Of a DNA stretch of 24,062 nucleotides, positions 14,424 to 24,062 are shown in pieces. How positions within the stretch are numbered: the stretch's first letter is position 1; every line of letters starts with the position of its first letter. Made by a program: the position numbers and the translations under genes. The stretch is taken from the IMG/VR virus record IMGVR_UViG_3300037467_000182, positions 1 to 24,062 of that record. One strand, written 5' to 3'. Under the pieces are notes generated by a model. It made no database searches. It was given only the letters and a program-made list of their open reading frames with translations, and was not told the DNA's origin. The DNA comes from a virus (taxonomy: Duplodnaviria; Caudoviricetes).

Positions 14424-16615
14424 TGAGCGTCCTGTCGACGCGGACACTTCCGCAGCTATTCAATGGCGTATCGCGCCAGCCCCCGATCCTCCGCTCGCTC
14501 GACCAGACGGAAGACGAGCTGAACTCGTGGGCGGCGGTGTCTGCCGGCGTCGGCAAACGCCCGCCTACGGAACACATAACGAAGCTCGCCAGCTCGATCG
14601 GAGCGGACGCTTTCGTCCACACGATCAACCGCGACACGACTGAGCGCTACGTCGTCATCATTGACGGCGGCACCATTAAGGTAGTCGGGTTCGACGGCGT
14701 CGAGCGCACCGTGAACACACCAGGCGGGACGGACTACCTCTTCGGGGGCGAGTACACCGCAGTCACGGTGGCGGACTACACCTTCATCGTGAACCGCAGC
14801 CAGCCCGTAGGCATGAAGCAGTTGGTGGTTGGCGACCCTTCGCCCGACACCGTTGCCCCTCCGACCTACGTGAGGAAGATCACCCGCGACCCGCGCTACG
14901 CCGATGGCTACTCGATCGATACGCTGATCGAGGCTGGCGACGAAGACAGCTACGTTCCCAACACGAACTACGGCACGTCTTCGATCACCGGCCGCGTGGC
15001 ATCCGTGGAGAAGCTCCCCGAGACGGCCGCCGACGGCGCCATCTATGAAGTTCAGGGGTCAGACTATCTGCCCTCGACGAGCTTCTACGTGGTCCGCAAC
15101 GGAGCCGTGTGGGACGAGACGGTTCGCCCCGGCCTGACCAACGCGATCGACGAAGCGACGATGCCGTACTGCCTCATCCGTGAGGGCGACGGGACGTTCA
15201 CCTTCGCGCCCTTCTCATGGGCGCCGCGCCGCGTTGGCGACGAGAAGACCAACCCGCTGCCGACCTTCGTTGGCCGCACGGTGCGCGACGTGTTCTTCTA
15301 TCAGAACCGCCTCGCGTTCCTGGTCGACGAGAACGTCGTCCTCTCCTGCGCGGGCGACTTCGGAAACTTCTGGAGGAACACCGTTCTGGACGCCATCGAC
15401 AGCGATGTCGTGGACGTCGCGGTGACGACGACGCAGGTCTCGATCCTTCAACACGCGATCCTGTTCAACGACGGGGCGCTGTTGTTCGCGGACCAGACGC
15501 AGTTCTCCATGTCGAATGGCGAGAGCGGCGTCACGCCGGCCTCAATGTCCATTCAGCCGGTGACGCACTACACCGTCAATAAGGAAGCGAAGCCAGTCGC
15601 GCTCGGCACGGAAGTCTACTTCTGTGGCGAAGCCTCGGGCCGGTCCGTCTTCTACGAGTACAGCCGCCTTCAGGACGCCGAGAGCACTACCGCCGCGGAC
15701 ATCACGGCGCACGTGCCGGGGTTGATCCCCGGTGGCATCAAGAAGCTTTGTGGCGGGCCTCGCTCGCTGTTCACCTTCGACGGCACCACTGACGCCTTCT
15801 GCTACCAGCTCTACTGGAACGGCAACGAGAAGCTCATGTCCGCATGGCGCCCGTGGTCGTTCTTCGGGAACGTCCTTAGCGCCTCCGTGCTGGACGATCA
15901 TCTCTATCTGGTGATCGAGTACAGCGACGGGGCCTATCTCGAAAAGATGGACCTGAGCGACGGAGCGCACCCGGATAACCAGCCCAAGCAGGTCTATCTG
16001 GACCGCCGCGTGTCGCTGGTGGGAACCTACGACGCGGTCTCCGATCGGACGACCTTCGTCCTCCCCTACGAGGTCCCTGTGGACCAGCGGGGGCAGGTGG
16101 ACGTGGTGTGGGGCACTGGCTCAGCCACTCCACACCAGCGGACGAACCCTGAGCTGATCGCGTGGACGGACCTGAAGACCCTGTCGGTCCCCGGCAACTT
16201 GGCCGGAACGACGTCCATCGGGCTTCGCTACAGCTTCTTCATCGAGCTGTCTCAGCAGTTCCCTGCGGACTACCAAGGCCGCCCGCTCACGTCGGGCCGG
16301 CTCCAGCTCCGCACGATCTCCGTTCGCTATACGGAAAGCGGCTACTTCACGGTCGAGGTGTACCCCTACGGGAGAGCACCGTCGGCCGATCTAGAAGCCA
16401 CCTTCCCGAAGCGAGTGGTGGAGTTCCGTGGCAACGTCCTCGGCTCCAGCTCCGCGATCCTGGGCGCCCCGGCATACGCCAGCGGCAGCCACCGCGCGTC
16501 GCTCACGGGGGACAGCCGCAAGGTCGTCATCCGGCTCGCCAACGACAGCTACATGGCCTCGACCTTCTCCTCGGCGGAGTGGGAAGGTCTCTACAACTCA
16601 AGGGCTATGGCTTAA
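14423..16615 (+). CDS. tail tubular protein B (T7 gp12-like nozzle)
   Basis: LFNGVSRQP, KRPPT, TVADYTFIVNR, RRVGDEKTNPLPTFVG, FFYQNRL, DITAHVP, SAEWEG. Start ATG 14423 (TAATG). Confidence 0.95.
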   Translation: MSVLSTRTLPQLFNGVSRQPPILRSLDQTEDELNSWAAVSAGVGKRPPTEHITKLASSIGADAFVHTINRDTTERYVVIIDGGTIKVVGFDGVERTVNTPGGTDYLFGGEYTAVTVADYTFIVNRSQPVGMKQLVVGDPSPDTVAPPTYVRKITRDPRYADGYSIDTLIEAGDEDSYVPNTNYGTSSITGRVASVEKLPETAADGAIYEVQGSDYLPSTSFYVVRNGAVWDETVRPGLTNAIDEATMPYCLIREGDGTFTFAPFSWAPRRVGDEKTNPLPTFVGRTVRDVFFYQNRLAFLVDENVVLSCAGDFGNFWRNTVLDAIDSDVVDVAVTTTQVSILQHAILFNDGALLFADQTQFSMSNGESGVTPASMSIQPVTHYTVNKEAKPVALGTEVYFCGEASGRSVFYEYSRLQDAESTTAADITAHVPGLIPGGIKKLCGGPRSLFTFDGTTDAFCYQLYWNGNEKLMSAWRPWSFFGNVLSASVLDDHLYLVIEYSDGAYLEKMDLSDGAHPDNQPKQVYLDRRVSLVGTYDAVSDRTTFVLPYEVPVDQRGQVDVVWGTGSATPHQRTNPELIAWTDLKTLSVPGNLAGTTSIGLRYSFFIELSQQFPADYQGRPLTSGRLQLRTISVRYTESGYFTVEVYPYGRAPSADLEATFPKRVVEFRGNVLGSSSAILGAPAYASGSHRASLTGDSRKVVIRLANDSYMASTFSSAEWEGLYNSRAMA

Positions 16616-17094
16616 TGATCTCAGTTCACGACCTCCACCGTGTCCCTACCGATACGGTGGGGGCGTGGGCTAGACACGTTGCCCTCAACCTTCGCCAGCA
16701 AGATCGCGACGAGCTTGAGGCCGCCCACCAAGGCGACCCTCGGTCATCGATCGCACTCTCCATTATGATGTCCGCCCGAGCCTTCGCAGTGCTCGATCGG
16801 CAGGACGTCCCCGTGTGTCTCTTCGGAGCTGCCCCGCATCCGCTACCGGGTGTCGGCGTGGCATGGCTCCTCGGCACCGACGGCCTCTTCCGGGAGGCCC
16901 TCCCCATCGCTCGCGCGTCCAAGCAGAGGCTAGAGGAATTGCAGCAGCAGTTCCCGCTCCTCTGGAACTACGTCGACGAGCGCAACACCGTATCCATCAG
17001 GTGGCTCCGCTGGATGGGCTTTAAGGCCCACAGCGTGAAGGAGACAGTCTCCGGCCACCCCTTCCGCATATTCGCAAGGACCGCAAATGTGTGA
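16615..17094 (+). CDS. T7 gp13-like internal virion protein A (acetyltransferase-like fold)
   Basis: LRQQDRDELEA, GVAWLLGTD, LWNYVDERNTVSIRWLRWMGF. Start ATG 16615. Confidence 0.85.
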   Translation: MISVHDLHRVPTDTVGAWARHVALNLRQQDRDELEAAHQGDPRSSIALSIMMSARAFAVLDRQDVPVCLFGAAPHPLPGVGVAWLLGTDGLFREALPIARASKQRLEELQQQFPLLWNYVDERNTVSIRWLRWMGFKAHSVKETVSGHPFRIFARTANV

Positions 17095-17557
17095 TCCCAT
17101 AACGGCCTCGGTCATCGTCGGGGTGACGATGGTTGCCTCAACCGCGGCGGGTATCGTCACTCAGAACCACGCAGCAAAGGTTCAGGAGAAGGCGATCCGT
17201 CAGCAGACGAAGGTCGCCAACGACGAAGCCCGCGCTGAAGCTACCGGCGAATTGTTCGACAACATGCGGGCCGCTCGACGAGAGGCGGGACGAACCCGCG
17301 CGACTGCCGGCGAAGCTGGCCTGTCGCTCGATAGCGGCTCCGTCGAGACGCTCCTGCTGGACAGCGCAATGCAGTCCGAGCTGAAGAACGACCGGACCCT
17401 CGCCAACCTTGAGAGCCGGCACAACTCGAACGTCTCGGAAGCGAACTCGATGCTGTCGCGCATCCAGCACGATAACTGGCTCACTGGTGGGCTGAAGCTC
17501 GCCGCCGCAGGCGCCCAGGCAATGTCCGGCGTAAGCTCGGCAAAGGCAGGATCATAA
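17087..17557 (+). CDS. internal virion protein B (T7 gp14-like)
   Basis: MCDP N-terminus followed by a hydrophobic stretch, AGEAGLSLDSGSV, and gene position. Confidence 0.82.
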   Translation: MCDPITASVIVGVTMVASTAAGIVTQNHAAKVQEKAIRQQTKVANDEARAEATGELFDNMRAARREAGRTRATAGEAGLSLDSGSVETLLLDSAMQSELKNDRTLANLESRHNSNVSEANSMLSRIQHDNWLTGGLKLAAAGAQAMSGVSSAKAGS

Positions 17558-17560
17558 GCA

Positions 17561-20041
17561 ATGGCAGACCTTAGCCGGGTGCAGAACCGCGACGTCACGA
17601 TCGATCGCAAGACGCGCAACCGTGACAGCATCATACCCGATCGCCGTAACACGGACGCCCCGCAGCGCCGTGTCTTCGCGGACGTCCGCAATGGCGCCCG
17701 TGGGGACGGCGGAGCGCAGTCGCTCATGGAAGCGCTCGGCATGGTCCAGAAGGCCGCCGGCGCGTTCCAAGGCGCCAGCAACGATCGCTACGCGAAGCGT
17801 GAGCAGGAGCTAGGTTCTCAGGGTCTCCTTGACGAGGCCGCTGGCCGCGCTGACCCCGAGCTGGTTCGCAAGAGCGTCGCCTACCGCGGCTCAGTGATGA
17901 CGCAGCGGGCGCAGTCCGCATTCTACAAGAATGCCGAGACGCTGGACGACCAGATCAAAGGCATCATCAACAGTGATGATCCCGAGCTGCTCGACCCCGC
18001 CAAGCGGGCGTCGGCCGTTGAGGCGGCGATCGACCAGAACTTCAAAGAGTTCACGATCGACCCCGACACGAACAAGCTCCGCGACTGGGGCGCTCCCGCC
18101 GCTGCCAAGTGGCTCGGCCAGAACCTCGGCGCAGCTCGCGCTGAAGTTCGCGCCAAGGCTCTCCAGCAGCTTGAGGACCGCTCGAACGAGTTGAGCATCC
18201 AGCAGGCGGCCACCGTGTTCGGCGCCAGTGTCGACGCCGGGAAGCCGATGGGCTTCGAGGAAGCGATGTCGGGCATCCTGCCCACCGCCGACAAGCGGAA
18301 GGCGAAGGAGCAGTTGCTCCTCGTCGCCAAAGACAAAGCCGCGTCTCTGACGGAGAAGGCGGCCGAGCTTGACGAGACCGATCCTGAGCAGGCGCAGCAG
18401 CTCCGCGTTCAGGCACTCCAGCTCATCGACGGCATCCGCGGCTCCAAGCGCATCGCTCCAGCGAAGCAGGCTTCGGGATTGCTTGTTGCCGGTAACATCG
18501 ACCTGAACAACAGGCCGGTGGTGAAGAACGGCGACGGCTCAATCTCGACCGTCCGCTCGATCTCCATTGGTACTGACAAGGGCGAGGTTCTGATCCCCAC
18601 CGTCGTAGACGGCAAGGTGGTCAGCGACAAAGAGGCCGTTGCCCACTACCGCAAGACCGGCGAACACCTCGGCGTCTTCAAGGATGTAGCTTCGGCCAAC
18701 GCCTACGCGCAGGCTCTCCACGAGCAGCAGGCGCAGCAGTATGCTCCTGTGGTCCCGGCGGTTGCTTCAACCGGCGCCTCGCTTGAAAAGCACTACGCTG
18801 CCCTCGAACGCATCGAGAGCCGCGGGAACCAAGCGGCGGTGTCCCCCAAGGGCGCCGTCGGTGTCATGCAGGTCATGCCGGGAACCGGCCCTGAGGCTGC
18901 CAAAGCGGCGGGCCTCCCGTGGGACGCCAAGCGTCTCCGCACGGATGCCGACTACAACCGCAAGCTCGGGCAGGCTTACTACAAGAAGCAGCTCGTCGAG
19001 TTCGGCGACCCTGTGAAGGCGGCTGCCGCGTACAACGGTGGACCTGGCCGCGTTCGCGGACTGATCGCCAAGTATGGGGATAGCTGGCAGGATCACCTGC
19101 CCGCTGAGACCAAGTCGTACATCCAGCAGTTCTCCGAACGGCTCGGAGCTGAGGCCAGCAAGCCCTACAGCAGCGGCCCTGCCGTTCCTGAGGACGTGCT
19201 CAATCCCAAGACCCCCTCGGACATCGCGGCGGCTGACCCTACGGGCGCCAACAACCCGCTCTACTCGCTCAACCCGCAGGAGCGGGCGGAGCTTGGATCG
19301 TTCCGCAGGCAGCTCAAGTCGGACATCGACCGGGCGTCAGAGGCAGCGCTGAACAAGCGCCAATCGACGGCTGCGATGGACTTCATGGGCCGGCTCCACG
19401 GGATGGGCGCCTACCCGACTGCCGGCGAAATCCAGCAGGCGGCCCGCAAGGGCGACATCGGCGTGGCTCACGCGGTGCAGCTCTTGGGCGTCATCGAGCA
19501 GGACGAGAACCAGCGAGAAGGTGCGGCGCGGGAAGCGCGGGCGCAAGCTCGGGAAGACCGGGCAGAAGTCCGTGAGAACCGCGTGGAGCTTGTCGACAAC
19601 TACTCGAACCGCATCCTCGGCAATCTCGTGAGTGGCAAGTATTGGAACGGAGCGGCAGGCGCCGAGGCGGAGCTAAGAACTCTCCTCCCGTCGATCGCCG
19701 ACTCCGACGTTCGGCAGGCGGTCTTCTCCGCCGTCACGCAGGGCGTCAAAGCCCACACGGACCTCCAGAACGCCACCCCTGAGTATCGCACCGCCATGTC
19801 GCGGTTCGACGAATGGGAAGCCGTCTACGCGAGCCAGCTCAAGAAGGGCCGGCGCATCAATCCCGAAGACCGCGGCCGAGCCGAGGTCATGGTGAAGAAC
19901 TGGGTGAACTCCTACCGGGTTCGCCTTGGCGAATACGCAGCCCTTCCGCCCGACAAGGTGCAGTCCTTCATGGACCGCGCTGAGAAGGACCTGGACGGGA
20001 TGATCGATCGCCGGTTCCCGATCCGATCCTCACACCGATAA
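17561..20041 (+). CDS. internal virion protein (gp15 position) with lytic transglycosylase (SLT) domain
   Basis: [25 protein letters not shown]...[10 protein letters not shown]...LPAETKSYI are SLT motifs, flanked by helical regions. Confidence 0.85.
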   Translation: MADLSRVQNRDVTIDRKTRNRDSIIPDRRNTDAPQRRVFADVRNGARGDGGAQSLMEALGMVQKAAGAFQGASNDRYAKREQELGSQGLLDEAAGRADPELVRKSVAYRGSVMTQRAQSAFYKNAETLDDQIKGIINSDDPELLDPAKRASAVEAAIDQNFKEFTIDPDTNKLRDWGAPAAAKWLGQNLGAARAEVRAKALQQLEDRSNELSIQQAATVFGASVDAGKPMGFEEAMSGILPTADKRKAKEQLLLVAKDKAASLTEKAAELDETDPEQAQQLRVQALQLIDGIRGSKRIAPAKQASGLLVAGNIDLNNRPVVKNGDGSISTVRSISIGTDKGEVLIPTVVDGKVVSDKEAVAHYRKTGEHLGVFKDVASANAYAQALHEQQAQQYAPVVPAVASTGASLEKHYAALERIESRGNQAAVSPKGAVGVMQVMPGTGPEAAKAAGLPWDAKRLRTDADYNRKLGQAYYKKQLVEFGDPVKAAAAYNGGPGRVRGLIAKYGDSWQDHLPAETKSYIQQFSERLGAEASKPYSSGPAVPEDVLNPKTPSDIAAADPTGANNPLYSLNPQERAELGSFRRQLKSDIDRASEAALNKRQSTAAMDFMGRLHGMGAYPTAGEIQQAARKGDIGVAHAVQLLGVIEQDENQREGAAREARAQAREDRAEVRENRVELVDNYSNRILGNLVSGKYWNGAAGAEAELRTLLPSIADSDVRQAVFSAVTQGVKAHTDLQNATPEYRTAMSRFDEWEAVYASQLKKGRRINPEDRGRAEVMVKNWVNSYRVRLGEYAALPPDKVQSFMDRAEKDLDGMIDRRFPIRSSHR

Positions 20042-20050
20042 GGAGGACAA

Positions 20051-23000
20051 GTGCCCTCACAAGACTTCATGCGTCGCTACAACGATGCAAGCCCTGATGA
20101 GGGCACTGCCTCCAAGGTCCGGAACGCCAAGAGCCGCATCCACGTGAATGCAGCAACGGCCGCCTTGGCCGGCTCCGCCGACACGATCACGTTCAGCTAT
20201 CTGGACGAGTTCTACGGAGCCGGCGACGCGGTCGGAAACTACATCGACAGCACACTAGGCATCGGTCCCGGCCACTTCGGGTCCGGCAAGAGTTACGAAG
20301 AAACGCGAGACCAAGTCCGCGCAGACCTAGAGCAGACCCAAGAGGATCATCCCTACGCCTATCTCGGCGGCCAGATAGCAGGTGGGTTCGTCCCCGTCTT
20401 CGGATGGGGCGGGCGCACAGTTAAAGGAGCCACGCTGGCGGGAGCCGGCTTCGGAGCACTCTACGGCACCGGCGCGTCCGATGGCGACATTGAAGACCGC
20501 CTGAAGAACGGCCTAGTGTACGGCGCAGTGGGTGGCCTCGGCGGCTACCTACTGTCCGGCGTCGTGATCCCCACGGCCAAGTGGGCAGGTGGCCGGATGG
20601 TCGCGGCCTTTGGGCGTGGCAAGAATGTACGCCTCAATGCAGCCGACCTGCCAGAGCGTCCCGGCCTGTTTCAGGAGATTAAGGACGCCCACCTCAGCGA
20701 AGACCTAACGGCACCCAAGGCGAAGCCCACGGCCGAGCCAGCTCCTGGCGCTCTCAACCCCGAGACCTCTCTCGGCGCGAAAGCAGCGGGAGAAGCCAAG
20801 CCTGCCCTCGACGACACGCTCGAAGACGGCGCGCTGCTGACTGTGAAGGACCTCCTCGGGGAGCCTGAGGCCGCCGCCAAGGCGGTCGCCAAGCGCCTCG
20901 GCAAGATGACCCCGCAGGAAGCTGAGGACCTTCTGAAGAATATCGCGAAGTCGGAAAGCGACGGCTCAGTCGTCACCAACCCGCACTTTCGCTCGCTCCT
21001 GAAGATCGACCTGACCGGCACCAAGCTCGAACAGGCGCAGGTCGTCAAGGCGGCCGAGATATTCGAGGACGCGATCGAGGCTCTGTCTGAGAAGGCGGGG
21101 CAGCGCGAGCGCACCGTTGCCGGCATGGACCAGCAGGTCCAGAACGAGCTGAAGAAGGGCCTGACCCTCGGCGAGCTGGAGGACAAGTACCAGCAGTCGC
21201 AGAACGGCTTCGTTGACACGCGCATCGCGCAGCACGTCCTACTCACCGCCACGGCCAAGGTCGTGAGGCTCCGCGAGGAGCTTCTCCCCCGGCTCATCAA
21301 GGGTGAGGAAGGCGTCCGCGAGCAGCTCGTCGACGAACTCACCGACGCAGCTCACCGCATGGTGTTCGCTAAGGGCATCCTGTCCAACGCCGGACGCGCC
21401 CTCGGCATCCTGTCGCACGGCGTGAACGCAACGGTCGTGGACGTCGCTGACGACGCCTACAAGCTCTCGGCCAACGAAATCCGCGCTCGCGTGGACAAGT
21501 CCCTGTCGACCCTAGGCGACGACAACCTCAAGGAACTCCTTGCGGGTGTACGGTCGATGGCCGATGCGGAGAACATCGAGCGCGTCCTGCTCAACGAAGG
21601 GGAGGCGGAAGCCTTCACCACGTGGAAGCGGGCAGTCGGTTCGGTGTCCCTGTGGTTGCGCTCGAACGCGCTCACCCCGGCTACCTTCGTGTTCAACGTC
21701 GCCGGCTTCGTAGGTCACGTGGCGCTCCGTCAGCACTTCGCGAAGCGGATCGCAGCGAACGCCTTGGAGAAGGCCGGCCGGCTTGAAGAGGCAGTGGCCC
21801 TTCGGCTTGAGGAAGACATCACCCGCAGCGTCCGCTGGCAGGCGACACAGGCAGGCTTCAAGGCCATGCTCAAGCGCATCCAGTGGGAGTTCTGGACGGA
21901 CGTCGAGAGCGTCGCCGCGGTTGGATGGGGAGACGGAACGGTCGCAGCAAAGGCTCGCCTGAAGCGCGGGACGATGCTGTCCGAAGGTTACACCCCGCCG
22001 ACCATGCGCGAGTTCGACGACAAGCCTCGCCTGAACGTCCGCGACGTGGGCGCCTTCAACGCCAAGATCGAAGCCGATCGGACGCAGGGCGGCGCATTCG
22101 CCAACCTCGTCTTCCACGCTCAGAAGGCCCGTGCAGTCGCAGCCAACGCGCTCGACGCGGCGGGTGGCCTGGGCATGAAGGTCTTCACGGCAATGCCGGA
22201 TGACATGGGCAAGGAGTACATGCGGATCACTGAAGGGTTCGCCCTCAGTGCCCGTGAGGCATTCCGAGAGGCCCGTGAAGCTGGCGTCCCACCGGCGCAG
22301 ATCGAGGACTACGTGAAGCGTCGCGCTCGCGAGCTGGCTGAGATGCCGACCGCGGACATGATGCAGAAGATCGAAGCGTCCCTCGTATCCACCGGCGAGC
22401 TGCAAGGCGAGACCAAGTTCCTAGCGAACCTCCACAAGATGATCGAGAACGAGGCGAACGAAGCCCTGTTCCTCGACGGTCCTCAGACCGAGCTAGGCAA
22501 GGTGTCGGCGAACTTCATCTCGAAGGTCGACCGCATCGGCCTCGTGCTGCCCTACGTCCGCACCCCGATCCGCCTCATGGAGCGCGGGTTGGTGGACTAC
22601 GGTCCGCTCGGGCATGTCGCCAAAGGCGTCCGCGAAGTGATCGCCAAGGGCGGTGTCGAGGGCGAGCTGGCGAAGGCCCGCCTCGAAGTCGGTATGCGCG
22701 TGTTCAACGCGGGCATGGTCCTCGGACTGGCTCAAGGGATCACCGTGACCAACGGCGGGTTCGACAACAGCGCGAACCTCGATGCAGGTCCACCCAACCG
22801 GCTCAACCTGCCGGGTGGTGGCTTCATCGAAATCGGCCGCCTCGATCCGTTCTCCTTCACCGTCGCTACGGGCGCCCTAGTTGGGCAAGCCTTCCGTGAC
22901 GGCTACAAAGACGGAACAGAGTACGACCAAGAGCAGGCCCTCAAGGCTGCGGCAGCGACCGCCGTCATGGGAGCCTACGACGCCATCCTCAGCAAGTCCT

Positions 23001-23743
23001 ACCTTCAGGGCCTCCAGCAGCTCCTCGACGCGATCCCCGGCAGCGGGGGCGATCAGGAGCAGTGGCTCGGCAATGTGGAGAAGATACTCCAGAACGCCAC
23101 CTCTCGCTTCGTCCCCTTGGGCGGCGTTGGGCGGCAGTTCAATGACACGTTCCGCAATAGCGCCATCGAGAGCGTCGGTTGGACGGACACCATCCTCCGC
23201 ACGATCCCCGGCGCCGGCTACGGCATGGCTCCTCGCATCGATCCCCTCGGGGACGAGGTGAAGGCGCGTACTGCCGGCATCAACTTCGGCAGCTCCGAGC
23301 TGACCGAAGGCCAACCGATCAGCGACGTTAAGCGCAAGCTGCGCGACCTCGGCATCGACATCACCTCGATCAGAAAGTCTGACCCTGACGGGTTCGACCT
23401 GACGAGCGAGGAGCTGTCTGAGATCCGCCGCATCCGAGCAAAGGAAGCCCTCAACTCTGAGGGCCTGAACATGACGGAGGCGCTGCAAGAGCTGTTCGAT
23501 GACCCGTGGTTCAAGTCACTGCCTACGAAGGACGCCAAGCGGACGGCCATCGTCGACGCCATGCGGGAGTTCAATAAGCCCGCGTATGAAATCCTGAGAG
23601 AGCGGAACGCCAAGTTCGCCTCGAAGGAGACCTACACGAAGTCCCTCGCCGACTACATCGCGGACGGACTGAACCGTCGACAGGCCGAGCGCTCAGCGCA
23701 GGCCGACGTCCAAGCTGAGGGGCTTCCAGCCCCCGACCAGTAA
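20051..23743 (+). CDS. large internal virion protein (T7 gp16 position)
   Basis: 1230 aa, SD AGGAGG with GTG start, Gly/Ala hydrophobic segments, LPYVRTPIRL motif, lies before the tail fiber. Confidence 0.8.
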   Translation: MPSQDFMRRYNDASPDEGTASKVRNAKSRIHVNAATAALAGSADTITFSYLDEFYGAGDAVGNYIDSTLGIGPGHFGSGKSYEETRDQVRADLEQTQEDHPYAYLGGQIAGGFVPVFGWGGRTVKGATLAGAGFGALYGTGASDGDIEDRLKNGLVYGAVGGLGGYLLSGVVIPTAKWAGGRMVAAFGRGKNVRLNAADLPERPGLFQEIKDAHLSEDLTAPKAKPTAEPAPGALNPETSLGAKAAGEAKPALDDTLEDGALLTVKDLLGEPEAAAKAVAKRLGKMTPQEAEDLLKNIAKSESDGSVVTNPHFRSLLKIDLTGTKLEQAQVVKAAEIFEDAIEALSEKAGQRERTVAGMDQQVQNELKKGLTLGELEDKYQQSQNGFVDTRIAQHVLLTATAKVVRLREELLPRLIKGEEGVREQLVDELTDAAHRMVFAKGILSNAGRALGILSHGVNATVVDVADDAYKLSANEIRARVDKSLSTLGDDNLKELLAGVRSMADAENIERVLLNEGEAEAFTTWKRAVGSVSLWLRSNALTPATFVFNVAGFVGHVALRQHFAKRIAANALEKAGRLEEAVALRLEEDITRSVRWQATQAGFKAMLKRIQWEFWTDVESVAAVGWGDGTVAAKARLKRGTMLSEGYTPPTMREFDDKPRLNVRDVGAFNAKIEADRTQGGAFANLVFHAQKARAVAANALDAAGGLGMKVFTAMPDDMGKEYMRITEGFALSAREAFREAREAGVPPAQIEDYVKRRARELAEMPTADMMQKIEASLVSTGELQGETKFLANLHKMIENEANEALFLDGPQTELGKVSANFISKVDRIGLVLPYVRTPIRLMERGLVDYGPLGHVAKGVREVIAKGGVEGELAKARLEVGMRVFNAGMVLGLAQGITVTNGGFDNSANLDAGPPNRLNLPGGGFIEIGRLDPFSFTVATGALVGQAFRDGYKDGTEYDQEQALKAAAATAVMGAYDAILSKSYLQGLQQLLDAIPGSGGDQEQWLGNVEKILQNATSRFVPLGGVGRQFNDTFRNSAIESVGWTDTILRTIPGAGYGMAPRIDPLGDEVKARTAGINFGSSELTEGQPISDVKRKLRDLGIDITSIRKSDPDGFDLTSEELSEIRRIRAKEALNSEGLNMTEALQELFDDPWFKSLPTKDAKRTAIVDAMREFNKPAYEILRERNAKFASKETYTKSLADYIADGLNRRQAERSAQADVQAEGLPAPDQ

Positions 23744-23745
23744 CA

Positions 23746-23765
23746 GGGACCCCTTCGGGGGTCCC
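23746..23765 (+). promoter_or_regulatory. stable cUUCGg hairpin without U-tract
   Basis: Perfect 8-bp stem GGGACCCC-TTCG-GGGGTCCC. Confidence 0.6.
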
Positions 23766-23789
23766 ACAAGACCCCCAAGGAAAATCTGA

Positions 23790-24062
23790 ATGTCAACCTC
23801 CTCGGCCTACGTGGGCGACGGTGCGACGACGGCGTTCAACATCACGTTCGACTACGTCGACACCGCTAGCGTTCGCGTCTCGGTGGATGAAGTCGATGTC
23901 GCGTTCACCTGGAACACCGCTACGCAAGTGATCGTGTCGCCGGCCCCGGCCGTGGGCACAGTCGTTCTCATTTACCGCAGCACCGACATCACGGACCCTG
24001 CCGTCGTCTTCCAGAACGCCGGGGTGCTGACCTCCGACCTCCTCAATGATGCGGTCGAGCAG
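23790..24062 (+). CDS. tail fiber protein N-terminal adapter (T7 gp17-like), 3' truncated
   Basis: SD AAGGA, ATG 23790, MSTSSAYVGDGATTAFNITFDYVD...PAPAVGTVVLIYRST...VFQNAGVLTSDLLN. Confidence 0.9.
   Translation, partial: MSTSSAYVGDGATTAFNITFDYVDTASVRVSVDEVDVAFTWNTATQVIVSPAPAVGTVVLIYRSTDITDPAVVFQNAGVLTSDLLNDAVEQ

Noticed and set aside
285-23613. Many long minus-strand and alternate-frame ORFs (e.g. 3853-4797, 5712-6431, 21512-22405)
   Set aside because: They shadow well-supported + strand genes, show no recognisable motifs, and are expected from GC-rich codon bias.
1-24062. CRISPR array, IS element, intron/intein, integrase
   Set aside because: No spaced repeats, transposase or homing-endonuclease motifs were seen, and core genes are uninterrupted and of normal length.

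Overview
A GC-rich segment of a T7-like podovirus (Autographiviridae) genome; every supported gene is on the + strand and many are coupled by overlapping stop/start codons. Order: RusA-type resolvase (5' partial), gp3.5-like amidase, gp4 primase/helicase, putative dATP/dGTP diphosphohydrolase, family A DNA polymerase, DEDD exonuclease with a Zn ribbon, a mid-genome lysis/membrane cluster (putative holin, separated i- and o-spanin), gp6 5'-3' exonuclease, then the virion module (gp6.7, portal, scaffold, capsid, tail tubes A/B, gp13-gp16-like core proteins, start of the tail fiber). Best leads: (1) a candidate ~90-nt small RNA at 9291-9380 with a phage-promoter-like sequence, a 5' hairpin, two anti-Shine-Dalgarno motifs and an intrinsic terminator; (2) an exonuclease gene that apparently must start at a non-canonical ATC codon; (3) densely structured leaders ahead of the polymerase and capsid genes; (4) a lysis cassette inside the replication module. 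All calls come from reading motifs by eye; no database search or folding program was run.
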